64,000 nt of DNA from Macrostomum lignano (taxonomy: Eukaryota), in the NCBI GenBank assembly GCA_002269645.1, contig NIVC01002852.1, forward strand, positions 1-64,000, in the 5' to 3' direction. Positions within the stretch are counted from its first letter, which is position 1. Every line of letters begins with the position of its first letter. Made by a program: the position numbers and the translations under genes. Below, one piece after another: positions 1 through 12,379 of the stretch. The notes under the pieces are model-generated. The model ran no database searches. It worked only from the letters and a program-made list of their open reading frames with translations, and was not told where the DNA came from.

Positions 1-1719
1 GAGGGGTCGGACTGGTTCTGCCATCCGGTCGCTCCGGTTGGTGAATCGGATGTCTACCATAAAAACTCCCGCTGCAATCCTGTGGAAAATGCCTCACCAA
101 AGCTTTTGCTTCCGTTGGCAGGTATTTTTAGTCGCGCTTTGAAAAAACTTTGCTTAAATTTTACACGCATTTGATGTTTTTCACAAAGAAATTTTGTCAC
201 AGCACGGTTGTCTCTCTCTACCTTTTGCACAAACAGTGCTTGAATGAGACTGAAAATTTTCACAAAAGTCTTCAGAGTTACCGCAACAGCTCCGGACCAA
301 ACCGACTTCAAAACGGAAAACTTGTCGAGATTAACGGACTAAAAAGGCTTATACTACAAATTCCTTCTTTGGAATGCCACTAGATAACGGAGTTATCTGG
401 CTTTGTTAAATGAAATCCAGACAACGTAGTTCTCAATTTATAACATTAATCAATCTGCTCAGAAACCTCGCACTCTCGTCATCTCGTCATGATTCGTTGC
501 TATCTACAGCCAACATCATACACGTCGTTAAAATACCAGCATGACTCAGGTAGTAGTGATACAGGGCATGTACAATTGTATTCAATATATATCAATAGCG
601 CTTGTCCTCGCTTCAGGAGCAGCGAAATACATACCGGCTTTGGGATGATGTACATGTAACAAAGGCTCCTACGCTAGGAATCACAATGCAATGGTCGGGG
701 GCCACCATGGTCTTAGTGTCCCCGGTGTACCCGGTACATTCGGATCGCTGCGAGGTACCATCTAGGCCTCCATAAGGTAAGTCTGGGCCTAATCAAAAGT
801 CTGATCAAATCATTTGATGGAACTGTGCGAACCCAAAGAGAGATGCCATTGGCAGACAAGCATGTGTTCGAATTTTTAGCTCAACTGACCTTGCATGGGT
901 ATCAATATGAAGCGCCTAGAGGCTGCATTGCAATTAGATTTCACGAGTCTTCATTTTTTAAATAGTGTAGAAGATCTTAAATGCAGTAAGTGAATTAGCT
1001 ACTATATGTCACTTATAAGGTTAAGGTGCAAATCAAAACATTTGCCTCAAATTTTCTGATTAATGAAGGCATTTTCCCAGTATAAGATTCAGTTCTGTAG
1101 GTGTCTTTCTGAATCACCTACGTATTTTTAATCGTTGAGAAACTCATGGCCCAGCCGTTTGGTACTTTGTAAAAGCGACGAGTTTGAAAACAAGAAGATC
1201 GAAATTTTTTCACCGGAAGTGACCGGGACTTCGTTTGCTTTCTATTGAAATTAAAATATCTCAATTGATCAACGATGGCACTGCATAACACTGCTCCAGG
1301 CCGCACAAGCAGGCAGAGGTGCACCCTCTCGGGTCAAACAGGCTCCATTGTCCCCCTGACTTTTCATGAGAAACCAAGCACGGCACGGAGGAAGCTGAGT
1401 AAGACGAGCGCATTGCTGCTCGGCAAAGCAGAAACTCCGAGGAGAGCAAAAAAGAAGACGTGTGGACAGGCACACTTTGGACTGGGGTTCGGGGTGCTTT
1501 TCTCTTGCTTTCTCAGTCAAAAAAGAAGTTGAGGCTGCCTGTTTTGCTGGCGCTCAGCTCCACGCCTGTCACAAATAGCCTCGCAACCCCACCCAGTGCT
1601 CTATCTTTCTTCTCTCTTCTAGAAGCAGACCACTTCTGCAATGAGAACTATAAATATTTCTTTTCTAGACTCCAGTAGTAATTAATTTGCGCACTGTATT
1701 TCTTTTCTTCCTTCTACAG

Positions 1720-4700
1720 GGCATCGGCTGGATTTGCTGCACAATTTCGGCTTCTAAGCTGCCAGCTGCTCGAAATTTCGTCGGCTTGCCCGAATTCTGA
1801 AGCAAAATCTGGCATGGCTCTGCGGCTCTGCGCCCAGTCGGCCAACTCCGAATGGCAGCTGCTTAACCAGTTATCGGTGAGTGGCTGAATGCTTCTAGGA
1901 AAGCTAATTTATGTAAAGACTGCCTCAGCATCTCTGTTGACACCATCTTTACTCCCTGGCCTCTTTCTCTTCCGGGCTCAGAATAAAAGTTGTCAGGCTT
2001 ACAGACCATTGAAAGTTAGCTACAGCCCTAGTAGGCGCAGCCAAACCGCTTGAGTTTCAACTGAAACTACATGCATACTACCAAATTTTAACTTGCTGCG
2101 ATTGCAAGCGGTCGCTGCGATGTTTCTTCCACGGAATTCACGGAAATTTTTTGTATGCGTCAAACACATTCGTCCTTACAGAACGCAGTCCAAGGCTCAG
2201 AGGACGCGGTGCTGGAGTCCGTGACGCACGGCAGCCCCAGCTCTTCTGGTTGGATGCCCCAGTTGGAGCCGTCTAGTGCGCAATGTCCGATCACGTAAGT
2301 TTGACAAAATTTTGAGAACCACTTAGCTAATTGAGTATCCGGAGAAATGTCTAAAAAACGAAAACACAGAATCTTCGTCATGCAAATGGTCGCAAAATTT
2401 AGCTTAAGTTAAGGCATAGTTTTGAACAAATTTCATGCTACTTGCGAGACCCTCTGTAACCAAACCCCAAACCCGACGCCTCGATCGCGCAGTCCAGTCC
2501 GGCTGATCGCCTTCAGCAGTTCTGGCTGGAGGCCGGCAGCCTTGCTACCTGCCTGCAGCTGCAGCTGGAGCAGCAGAAATCCTACCACCTGGTGAGTGAC
2601 ATTGGCTATACTAAGCTCTCACGTGAGCTGTATGTAATTGCTACCTATGGCTAATCTGGCTGTCATCACCACCTGTCCAACCTGGCAGTTCTACCAAACC
2701 CTGGCTCACTACGAGGCCAGCCTGGAGGCAGAGTTCGACCAGGCCAGGGAGCGGCTGCAGCGACTGGAGGGTCACAAGGAGGACGCCAGCGCCATACTTG
2801 ATTGCACTCAGGTGCGAGTCCTAATAATTGGTTGTTCTCGTATTTCGTGTAAAAAAACTCTATCACGCCATTATGCATTTCGTACTTAGGAATTTTGATC
2901 CTTGCGAAGTCGAAATCAGCTAATAAGCTCCTGTTGATCACTTCCCACAGAACCTGCTCACCACCTCCATACTCTGGTGGCGCCGAGTGGACTCAATAAT
3001 GGCGCAGAGTCGCCGCTGCCCCCCACTGTCAGCCCGTCTGGAACCGATTGAGTTCAAACGACCGGCTCAGCTTCTTGTGGACTTTGCTGCGCCAGAGGTA
3101 AGATTAAAAACATATTTATTTTAGCATTGGATTGCAAATCACAATACGGTAACTCTCATAGTGATTTTTGGCACCAATTCCAATCTCTGAGGATTTAAAG
3201 AGGCCTGAAACTATGCCATAGACTTGCATTAAATAAGAAACAGCAAGTGTTGCGCTTTAAAGTACACGTACTTGAATGGCGCACGTATTAGTATGGTACG
3301 AGCTACGAGTATGATGTAGTTAGTTAGATAAGTACAAGACAAGATATTGGGTTGATTGCGCTCGTTGCGCTCATCAATATCATCTTATATTTGGCTTATA
3401 AATTTCGACTTTATGTGAAATTTAGAATAAAAATAGCATTGCAAAAATCATCCGGAAAGACTCGCTCCAGTAGTAAATGGTGATTGTCAAACCCAGCCGA
3501 TTAGAACTTGATTGGAAAGTGACCATTTTTAAGAGTTTCATTCTTCATAACACACGAATAGTGGAGATCAAAGCAAGGAGAGACTCGGAAATCAAACGAA
3601 CCTTTTAATGAATTGTAAGAATTCAAAGCTTTTTAGAAGTTATAAATGTTTATTCACCTTCTAATTTCGATGCTTTAACCTTCGTTCCCATTCTACGTTT
3701 TTACTCTGTGCAAAAATTCAAACTTTATTTGTCTTCTTCCAAGGGAGCCTTATTGATTTTGATTGCACTTTGTTAAATTGATTTTTCGAGCTTAGATTTT
3801 AAGCAAAGGCTGAAAGGATGAAAGAAGGATGAAAGTGCTCAGGCTGATGACGCAGTGGTCACTTGTTGCTGTTCTTGTTGGTGTAGAAGTACGGCTGCTC
3901 AGGGCTCAGGCACTCGATCGGCTCGCCGATGTGCCAGTCCGTCCGCTTGGCCCCGACCGGCTCGATCATGTTGTTCCAGAGGGCCTGGGCCGCGCGGGCG
4001 TTGCCCAGCCCGCTGAGGTGGAAGCAGTCCGGGGCGAAGTAGGCCAGGTCCGGCTTGCCGCACCTGTTCCTGCATTGCGGAGTCCAGTTAGTACGATTAT
4101 GTGGTTGTCTTTTAACGAGGTTTTGAAGCCTGCTGCGCTACTGAGTCACCAACGTGGTATTAAATCTCCACGCTGGAATCTCGTCCGTCCAAGCGACCAG
4201 CTGTTGCACTGGCGTTGCAAGCACCTTACTGGTGAGGACAGGGACGCATTTGGCGTTTCTGTTCGAGCGTTGCGACTTATCTTATTCTTCTTAGACTTTT
4301 CTAATAGTATGCTTTGTTTTTTCTATTTTGACGAGTAGATCGTCTATTGAACGGACGTGAACAACGGTACTTCATCGGTTAAATCGCTTGATTTGTAGTA
4401 CAAACAAATAAACAGTGTTTTCAAACATAGCTTTTGGAAACTATTTAGGGAAATTTTAGCTATTGTACGAACGGACGAAAAAGGAGTGGTAAGAAAACTC
4501 ACTTAGGCAGAACAGTTTTCTCCAAGAAAGGCTGCAGCACCACTGTGAAGTCATCCCTGGTGTCGTACACACCGGAGTTCACCAGCGCAGACAAGTTGCC
4601 CTGGTACTCAAGAACGATCTGACGCAGCTCTTCCGTTGGCTGTTTGAAGGCGCCGCAGCGGCACTCGAAGTAGTGCAGCACCGTGCAGGCCAGGCCGCGG

Positions 4701-7700
4701 TTCAGCTCCTTGATCTGCGACACGTCCAGCACGTTGACCACGTTGACGAAAGCGCGGGCACCTCGCTGTGCAGCAGGTCGAGAGCTCGCTTGATGTTCGC
4801 TGTGTACATCTCCGCGGCGTAGTACCTGGGGTTCTTGCAGTAGGCACATAGATCGTTGCCGCCGATGAATAAAGTGATTACCTTCCAGTCATTCTGGTAG
4901 TCCACAGTCGGATCCGCCTTCATTCGCTGGATGAGGTCGTAAGCCTGCAGTGAAGGATCGCAAATTATTCAGTCTCGCACTACAAGCGTTTTAATAATTG
5001 GGAATGAACTTCTATAACGATAGGGATACGGTTCGCGCAAGTTTGGTGAAATGAGCACTGTACCTGCTTCAGCATATCCTCCGATTTTGCTCCCGGCACG
5101 GCAACATCGAAACCGCGCGACTTCTTCAAGACGCCCTTAGCGTAACCACGCAGGTTGGGGTTGTACTTGAGCAGAATGTTTGGCAGAGTGGGAATCCATT
5201 GGTAGTTCAGATCGGCCCCAATGCTGAACACGGAGCCGCGGAATGACAGCACAATGCCTAGTGGTGTGAAGGCGTGGATGCCGGAGCCAGCCGAGATGGA
5301 GTCTCCGATGGCGCCGACCACCTGAAGTTTATCGGGTTTTGGATAATTCGATGTTGAATAAGTCAGCACACAATGAGTGACTTGCACAGAATTTCACTTT
5401 GCCAAAGTAGTAATCGAAACATACCTGGACGTCAGCCGGAGTCAAAGCGTGGACACTGGTAGCCGGCTGGGCAAGCTTGAACGGAGAGCAGGGAAAATCA
5501 TAGCCAATACCTTTGAGCACTTGTCCCAGGGCCGATGAGAATCCGAGCTCCGCTGTTTCATTCAGCATCGCCTGTCGCAGCGTTGCATTGGACTCAATCA
5601 CTTTGATGACTCTCTCCAGCGTCTCAGTCCAATTCCCTGTGTCGCCTTGCATTGTCGGGTCGCTTAGGATTGTTGTCAGCGCATCAGTCGGTGTCACTGA
5701 TGAGCGGTTCTCAGCTGGGCAGTCAGCTTCTGGCGCTGAGATGCCGGCTGAGCAGCCGAACAGGGCTGCAAGCAGCAGCAACATAGGAATTTGCATGCCT
5801 ATAGAGGCTTAGATAGGCCGGCCGAAACACAGAAGCAGCAGAGCTGGTCAGAGACTAGAACAGAGCAGGTACTTTTTGCATGCTTCCAACAGCAGATAAA
5901 AAGTTGCATAAAGCGTTTTATTGCGACTGATTAGCATTGGGGGCTGTCGAAGACAGAGATAGCAAGTTTATGCAGGTAGTTCTTATTTTTCTTGAGGACT
6001 AATGCCCCGAATGCACTATTGCTCAGGTCTTTGACTCCGTGCGTCAAGGCAACAAGTCCATGCCAGTTCAGTGCGACAGATAAGTGCTGGGCTCTGCCAC
6101 TGCACTTCTGATATTTCTTTCTCTCCCTATCTTTATTTTCTTGTGCCACGCTCGAGGTCACGTGATTCATAAAAATTGTTATAAATAGACACTGGCCCAG
6201 TCAATGTACGCTTCTGAGAAGTGTGCTTCGAATTTCTTGACCAATGACGACAGCTGACTAAATGTAACGATAAAATAATTTTACGTCATATAACATTTCT
6301 CTACTGCGCGGAGAAGTACAAAGAATGCCGTTCAGACAGTCTCTGTAGAACCCTGGAGCCTGTATAAACGTGACAGTGTGACCTTTAATGTTGCACCAGC
6401 GGCTGTAATAATGAGGGGTTGGTTTGATAGACAAAGGCAGAGAATCTGCTTGCCGAAAAAAACGTCTCGAGACCAGATTTAAGATGGTTGCAACACTGTT
6501 TAGACATAATATTAAAAACATGATCAATCCATCACGAACCAACTTATACAGGTCTCAGTGAAGGCAGGAAGAGAAGTATTTCTAGTCGACAACACAAACC
6601 GAGACCAATGGATCGTGGAAACGTGCGGCGGCGTTTGTCTCGGCGTGCCGTCGCTCTGCGTGACTATTGCGGGCGGCGACCCGGCGGCGCTGGAGCGTGC
6701 GGCTGCGCTGAGGCTGCGCCTGCTGGCCAGCTGGACAATCGCGCTCAAGGAGATCGGCCGGGCGCTCATCGGGTTCATGCTGCAGGTGTTCCGACGGATC
6801 AGTGCAATCGAAAGTCAGGTAGGTCACTTTCTTTCTTTCCAGTTAAGCTCAACGATCCTCACGACATCTACGTCGTCCACTTTTACGCAGACAGAGGCTC
6901 CCTGCGTCGTGACATCCCACCAGGACATCATAACTGATGGAGAGCTTCGCCCTTTGCTGGCCACGATGGAGCAGCTGCTGCAGAGCTACTGGGCTCAGCA
7001 TCCCGAATTTGAAGAGCTGCGCGACCGAATGCGGCGTGTCCGAGCTTCTTTAGCCATCTGCGACGCTGAGGACTGCCTTGACGACTGGACTCGTATTGAT
7101 ATCCGTGAGTCAGGGACGTCCGTATTGTTAGTTAAGAAAAGCTTCCCGCAACTCCATAGCTTAACTAATTCGAAACTCCAGACACCATATTTCTGAGGCT
7201 AAGTCCTCTGGTAATGTCGTCATCTGAAGAGCCGGACTCTGCCGCCAAGCAGAGCGAAATGCATGGCCTCTTAGGCCAGCTGATGCGTCGGTACCGTGAT
7301 CTGACGAGACACTGGGAAGCTTTCCGACTCAGCGGGGACGGCAGCGGCTCATCCACGTTTGGAAATGACGAAACCGCAAGTTTTCAATTTTGCCGCGACC
7401 TGGCCGAGTAAGCTTATTTTTGATTGGAGTAGAGTGCGAAGTTTATAAATAGTCTACAATTAAAAACTCTCGAAACTACTTACAGTAATACTCGTTGGTA
7501 AATTGTTCAGTATTAACCCAAAAAGGTACTTACCTTTATATGAGTTAACTAATCCTAGCTGAATTTACCAAGAAACAGGGAGCCGCAGCATGGGAATAAT
7601 GAGGAGGCCTGGCCTCCGGAGCTGCTCCGCCTGCTTCAACTCGGCTCCCAGACCATCGCTGGGATCTCAAAGGCCTCGACGGCGGACGCTGGCAGAACTT

Positions 7701-9635
7701 ACCGAACTGAGTTCACAATCGATGTTGTGAGCAATACAAGCGAGGGCTCGGACATAGGGAATCGAAATGGTATCGAAGGTAAGGCTCAGAATAGCACAGG
7801 GTGTACAATACAAAATTTGATTTTCGAAAGAAACCGCTATAAAACACGTTCCATATAGACTACTATTTTGGTACAGATTCGAGTAGTTAAAATCGTAAAT
7901 CTTAGTGCCGTAATACGTATTGTTGGTAAAAAAATCCAGCTTCGAAGGAGTGGTTAGAACAGGGAGTTATAATGATATCAATAAATTGCACATAATTCTG
8001 TAGGTCATTCTTGACAACTGGATGACTTGGTTATACTGCGCCATTTTAGAAACTACTCAAACCTCTTCACCCGTCGTTGAGCACCGAAACCAGAGGCATC
8101 TTGAGCGACCGAAAGTTCGATTCCGACGTGAACCCCCGCCTGCCAATGCCGCCAGCCCGATTCTGTCGGACAGCGAAGAAGAACACAACCTTGAAGGAGG
8201 CCGACCGCTGTCGGAGGTGATCGAGGACTACAAACGGGAGGAGACGGAAGCCAAATCGCGACTGGTGATCTCCTGCGTGGTGGATACAAAAGACAAGGCG
8301 GTGCTGTCGCTTGATGAAGCCGTTCAGCGGGGCATTGTCAGCTGGGACACTGGGAGCTACTTGAACCGCGAGACCGGCGACTGGATGCCGATTCAGGCCG
8401 CGCTGTCACGGGGTGAGTCTTGGTTTTGGTGACTTCCAGGCAGATAATGCTCGAACTCATGCTCAACAAGTATAATCAAGGACTTCCAATGTTAAACTCA
8501 GCCAGATAAACAGATACGAAATCCTAATGTGTCCAGTGCAAGTACCATGCATCGGACACTACAAGTTGTACACATCCACCTATACTAAATCTCTAATCTT
8601 CCTATATACCAAGCCTCTAAGGTTTGTATACTTATCCAACTATACGAAAAATGGTCTGTAGGTAGGTATCTAGGTATCTACGTACGAGTATGTGTGATCA
8701 ATTTTAGCAAAAACTAGCAATCTAGTGCCCCCTTCAGGGCGCGAAATAAGCAAGGAGCGAAAATTATTCATGGAAAACAATTAAAAAGCACTTTTTCTCA
8801 AGAACCAATTCCTTCTTCAGTTTTATAAATCACCTTATTCGAGTAAAATTGTCACGGACAAAGACGTTTGCTATGAATCTCTTTTTTTCAAAAATTAACA
8901 AGAAAACAAAATATAGCATTCACAAAGATAACAGACATTGGTGCATGCGTCTTGGCTAAGAAATTGCTAGATTCTAAAGGGATTAAATATTCGAAAAATA
9001 TGCTTTTTTGCAAAGGTCAAGCAGACTTTTCGACTTGAGAAGTTTAGGAAAACAGTACTTAAAAAATCATGTAAACTGTTCATTGTAGTTTCGACTTCAT
9101 CTAGGATGCCAAAGTACAAATATTAGTCTACCGAATATTAGACGGTAGAGATATATCAGTTATCAATCAATTACTAAGAGAGTTTGGAACTGCACAGCCA
9201 AGCAGAAATGTAACTTTTTCGGTAGTAAGTTAAGGTTTGCCCGTCTCATCAATGCATTTTGGGGCGAAAACCGGCCTTCAACTTTTTGTGAATGTAATGC
9301 ATCCGCATTCTTCAGGTCTGATTATCGCCGAGAGTCGCACGGAGGGCCGCGCCAAGGTGAAAAACCGTCGAGTCTACGGCCTGGTGACGCTGCAATCGAC
9401 CGATTCGAAGTCCGCGGACAAGCTGGCAAAGGCAGCTGGAGACGGCGGCAGCTACCTCATCTATAGCGCGCTAGACGTGGCCAACGGAACGGCGCTGAGC
9501 TTCCAGGCGGCTAAGGAGGCGGGCGTCATCGATGCCGAGGAGGGCGTCTTCTGGAACAGCCGCACCGGCGAGGCTCTCGAGCTGCCCGTCGCCATCAAAA
9601 AGGGCTTCGTGCGGGCCAGGAAGGTCGTCACCTAG
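1720..9635 (+). CDS. Compact plakin-family protein (plakin domain with SH3 insert plus two C-terminal plectin-type repeats); 5' end not resolved
   Basis: Phase-consistent GT-AG exons: 1720-1876, 2182-2294, 2498-2591, 2689-2811, 2951-3097, 6552-6818, 6891-7104, 7182-7407, 7573-7778, 8050-8412, 9316-9635 (TAG). Spliced product has TCLQLQLEQQKSYHLFYQTL, the SH3-like RPAQLLVDFAAPE|VSVKAGREVFLVDNTNRDQWIVETCGGVCLGVPSLCVTIAGGDPAA, and plectin-like repeats VVDTKDKAVLSLDEAVQRGIVSWDTGSYLNRETGDWMPIQAALSRGLI and ALDVANGTALSFQAAKEAGVIDAEEGVFWNSRTGEALELPVAIKKGFV. Confidence 0.8.
3859..5796 (-). CDS. PLB1: Secreted phospholipase B1-like SGNH/GDSL lipase (single domain), nested in the plakin intron; apparent 1-nt frameshift at ~4757
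   Basis: Exons 5796-5425, 5321-5064, 4944-4503, 4063-3859. Signal peptide MQIPMLLLLAALFGCSAG; GAIGDSISAG (catalytic Ser), LFIGGNDLC, VLQPF, FAPDCFHLS (Asp/His) and ALWNNMIEPVG. Confidence 0.9.
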
Positions 9636-10720
9636 AATTCCTTTTATAACCAGTCTTGAGGATCATATTGCAAGACCTCATCACAAAATTCTTGTTGTAC
9701 TTTTGAACTGACGTACCAGAATATTTACTCTCATGAGGAATACAGTTGTATTTCCAGTTTCTTACGGAACATAATATGATATGCATAAGTTTATAAAACG
9801 GTGCTGGGTTTTCAACATAAAATGTTAGGATTTACGTATATTTTGTAAATTTTGATTCAGTCTCCTTACTGTTAAAGCATGGCTAAACTAGTCATAGCTG
9901 TTTACCAGTTCATTTGCCCTGAATCGAATTGCTATAGATGGCAAGCATGTAATTGTAAAAACGAAATTCCACGCTTATTCGTCACACGCGCATCAATTGC
10001 AAGCTCGTGCGTACCAATCCAGACCAGGCATATACTAAACTGAAAGGAAAGAAATGCTTGTAATTTCAAGGCGCACAAAATTTGTTGATTGCAGAGACCC
10101 TCTCTGTGCACCGGAAGCTTTAGTAAAAGCCCTATCCAAATGGAAAACGAAAATATTGTAACCAATTTGCTTTAGTTTGAGAGTTCTTGTGGTTAACAAT
10201 TTAAAGAGGCTTTTGGTTAAACAAAATTTTGTTAAATTATATTTTATATGACATGGAAAAGCAATTAACCACTGGATTGAATTTTCAATTGCTAAGCATT
10301 CTATCCACACGTAAACCGAAATAAGTCAGGTTATAAAATTACTTGACAAAATCTTAGCAGGATCTGGCAAAATTTGCCGGTAAATCCATGAGAATTCCTC
10401 GGCAAGCCCACGGAAAATCCGAAAAATTTCCAGGAAAAGGGTTCCTATTTCTTGTTTATAAAAGTAGACGCCTCTACGGTAGACCTGATAACACCTAATA
10501 TTGAAACTGACGTCTCTCAGCGCAATTTTCAAAGTCGGCCAGTGCCACAGTCAGCTCTCAGCATGTAAGTAATAAGTAACTATGTATGGTTTCTGGCTGT
10601 GGCTCATAACTATTAATTTTGGCCGTTAAAGTCCTGTCTGGTGCATGAAAATCTAGAAATTAGCGATTTGGCGCTGTTTTTTCCAGCCCTTGGCATCCCT
10701 TTGCCTACTCTTTTCGTCAG

Positions 10721-11002
10721 CTAAAGCGGAATCGAACCCGGGATGAAGCCACTCATGATTACACAAAGCTTTACAACAGTTTTAGGACAGATGACGGAAT
10801 CCAAGAATGCATTTTAAAAGCCAGCAGCAAGTTAGGCTGTCTTGTCGGAGTCTCCAGAGCCGAAAAACAGATCACGGATGAGTCTAAAGCCAGAAAATTT
10901 CTGTCTGGTACAGAGAACGAGAAGGAGTCTGTTGAGAGACTTATTTCAAATATTGCATTTGCAGTTAATCAAAAAGCTTTAGTAACGATAACAATATTTT
11001 AA
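10721..11002 (+). pseudogene. Diverged, truncated paralog fragment of the 11398-12379 gene
   Basis: Open frame reads GVSRAEKQITDESKARKFLSGTENEKESVERLISNIAFA versus GVSRAEQKIASIDSAAKKLPSGSERNSVEKHISAIRSA in the downstream ORF. The 15-mer gtctccagagccgaa is shared. The frame stops before the hydrophobic hairpin. Confidence 0.6.
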
Positions 11003-11397
11003 GACGGAACTGCGAGGTCCTGCAGCTGGATGCGAGATATTGGAAGCTAAAAATTTAGAATCGTGAGGCCTTGCTTATCTTTGGATATAAATTAACAGTA
11101 CTATCAATAATCTAAAACGGCTGCAAAAATGTCGGTATGGTCGAAAGAGCAGCATCCCAGTTTAGGAAAATTGTCGGCCTACTATAGTCAGCTGATAGTT
11201 TAACTCTTCAAAAACTCGTTCAATACTTTGCACAGAAAGCTCTACACCAACCCATTGGCAACGAAATTCTCTGTGTTCCATCATGCGCGGATTTTTTATA
11301 GAAGATGGGGAATTTAAATAAGCAGAGTAACTGTTTCTTCCCATAATTTACATTATTATTGAATTTTTAAGTTTTATTTACGAGCGACGAGCGTCAA

Positions 11398-12379
11398 ATG
11401 TCTAAAACTAGAATGAAAACTGCAGTGTCTTCGAAAAATAAGGTATAGCTTCATCGAGGTACCAGATATTCACAAAGTCTAGTTTTCAAACACAAAGTCA
11501 AGCGCTGTGCGGAAAACCGCTGCTAAAGTAACAGAAGGTGTCTCCAGAGCCGAACAAAAGATCGCTAGCATTGATTCTGCAGCCAAAAAATTGCCGTCTG
11601 GCAGCGAGAGGAACTCTGTTGAGAAACATATTTCAGCTATTCGCAGTGCTTCGTATGAACTTGATAACAACAACAGGATTTTAAAAGAAAACTCCGTGTC
11701 TCTTGCTAATGGCTGGGTGACATTAAGAAATGAAATTAAAAATATGAAAAAGCCTTACTCCACTTCGGATTTAAAAAAGATGATCAAACAGCTGAAAGAG
11801 CTGCAAGCTAAATGCAACGCTTGTCGGAAGAGCTGCGACCCAGTTCAGAAAAGCTTAAACTCCGTAAGAGATTTATGTGCGAGAGCAAAAGATGACTGCT
11901 CAAGTGCTGCTGATAAGGCGAGAGAGAAGGAGGGGAGAGTTAAACTCATTGGTGGCTTAGCTACTGGCGCTTTGATAGTAGCGACCGCTGGGGCAGGAGC
12001 TGCCGCAGCTGGTGCGATCAAAGTAGCTGCTGTGACAGCAAAGACTGCTGGAATCACGGCAGGTGGTCTGGGAGTCGGAGCCGCTGTCGCTGGCGGCACC
12101 ACTTGGTACCTGTCGGACTACTATAGCCACATAGCTGACAATTTCAAGGCTTCGAAAAACTCGTTCAATGCTTTGGACAGCGAGCTCTCCTCAATATGCA
12201 GCCAGCTGACACAACTTCAAGAAGCAACAGACAAACTGCTTGAAAGCCTTCAAGTGGGCGAGGCTCTCCAGTCGGATGCTCTGAAAACGAAGAAAGCTCT
12301 GGAAAAGGCGATGTCTGAAAAGGCTGCTCTCGAAAAGGAGTTGGAAGAGTATCGCAAGAAAAAAAGCACTGGAAATTAA
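11398..12379 (+). CDS. Alpha-helical protein with a central Gly/Ala hydrophobic hairpin (ClyA/HBL-like pore-forming toxin or ApoL-like architecture)
   Basis: ORF 11507-12379 (290 aa). A probable short first exon 11398-11442 (MSKTRMKTAVSSKNK, GT at 11443) joins in phase 0 at AG 11497. Coiled-coil-like helices flank LIGGLATGALIVATAGAGAAAAGAIKVAAVTAKTAGITAGGLGVGAAVAGGTTWYL. Confidence 0.65.

Noticed and set aside
1269-1678. ORFs as the first exon of the plakin gene
   Set aside because: No donor in the required phase with a credible start or acceptor could be fixed.
3829-4338. Plus-strand 169-aa ORF
   Set aside because: Antisense shadow of the last PLB1-like exon.
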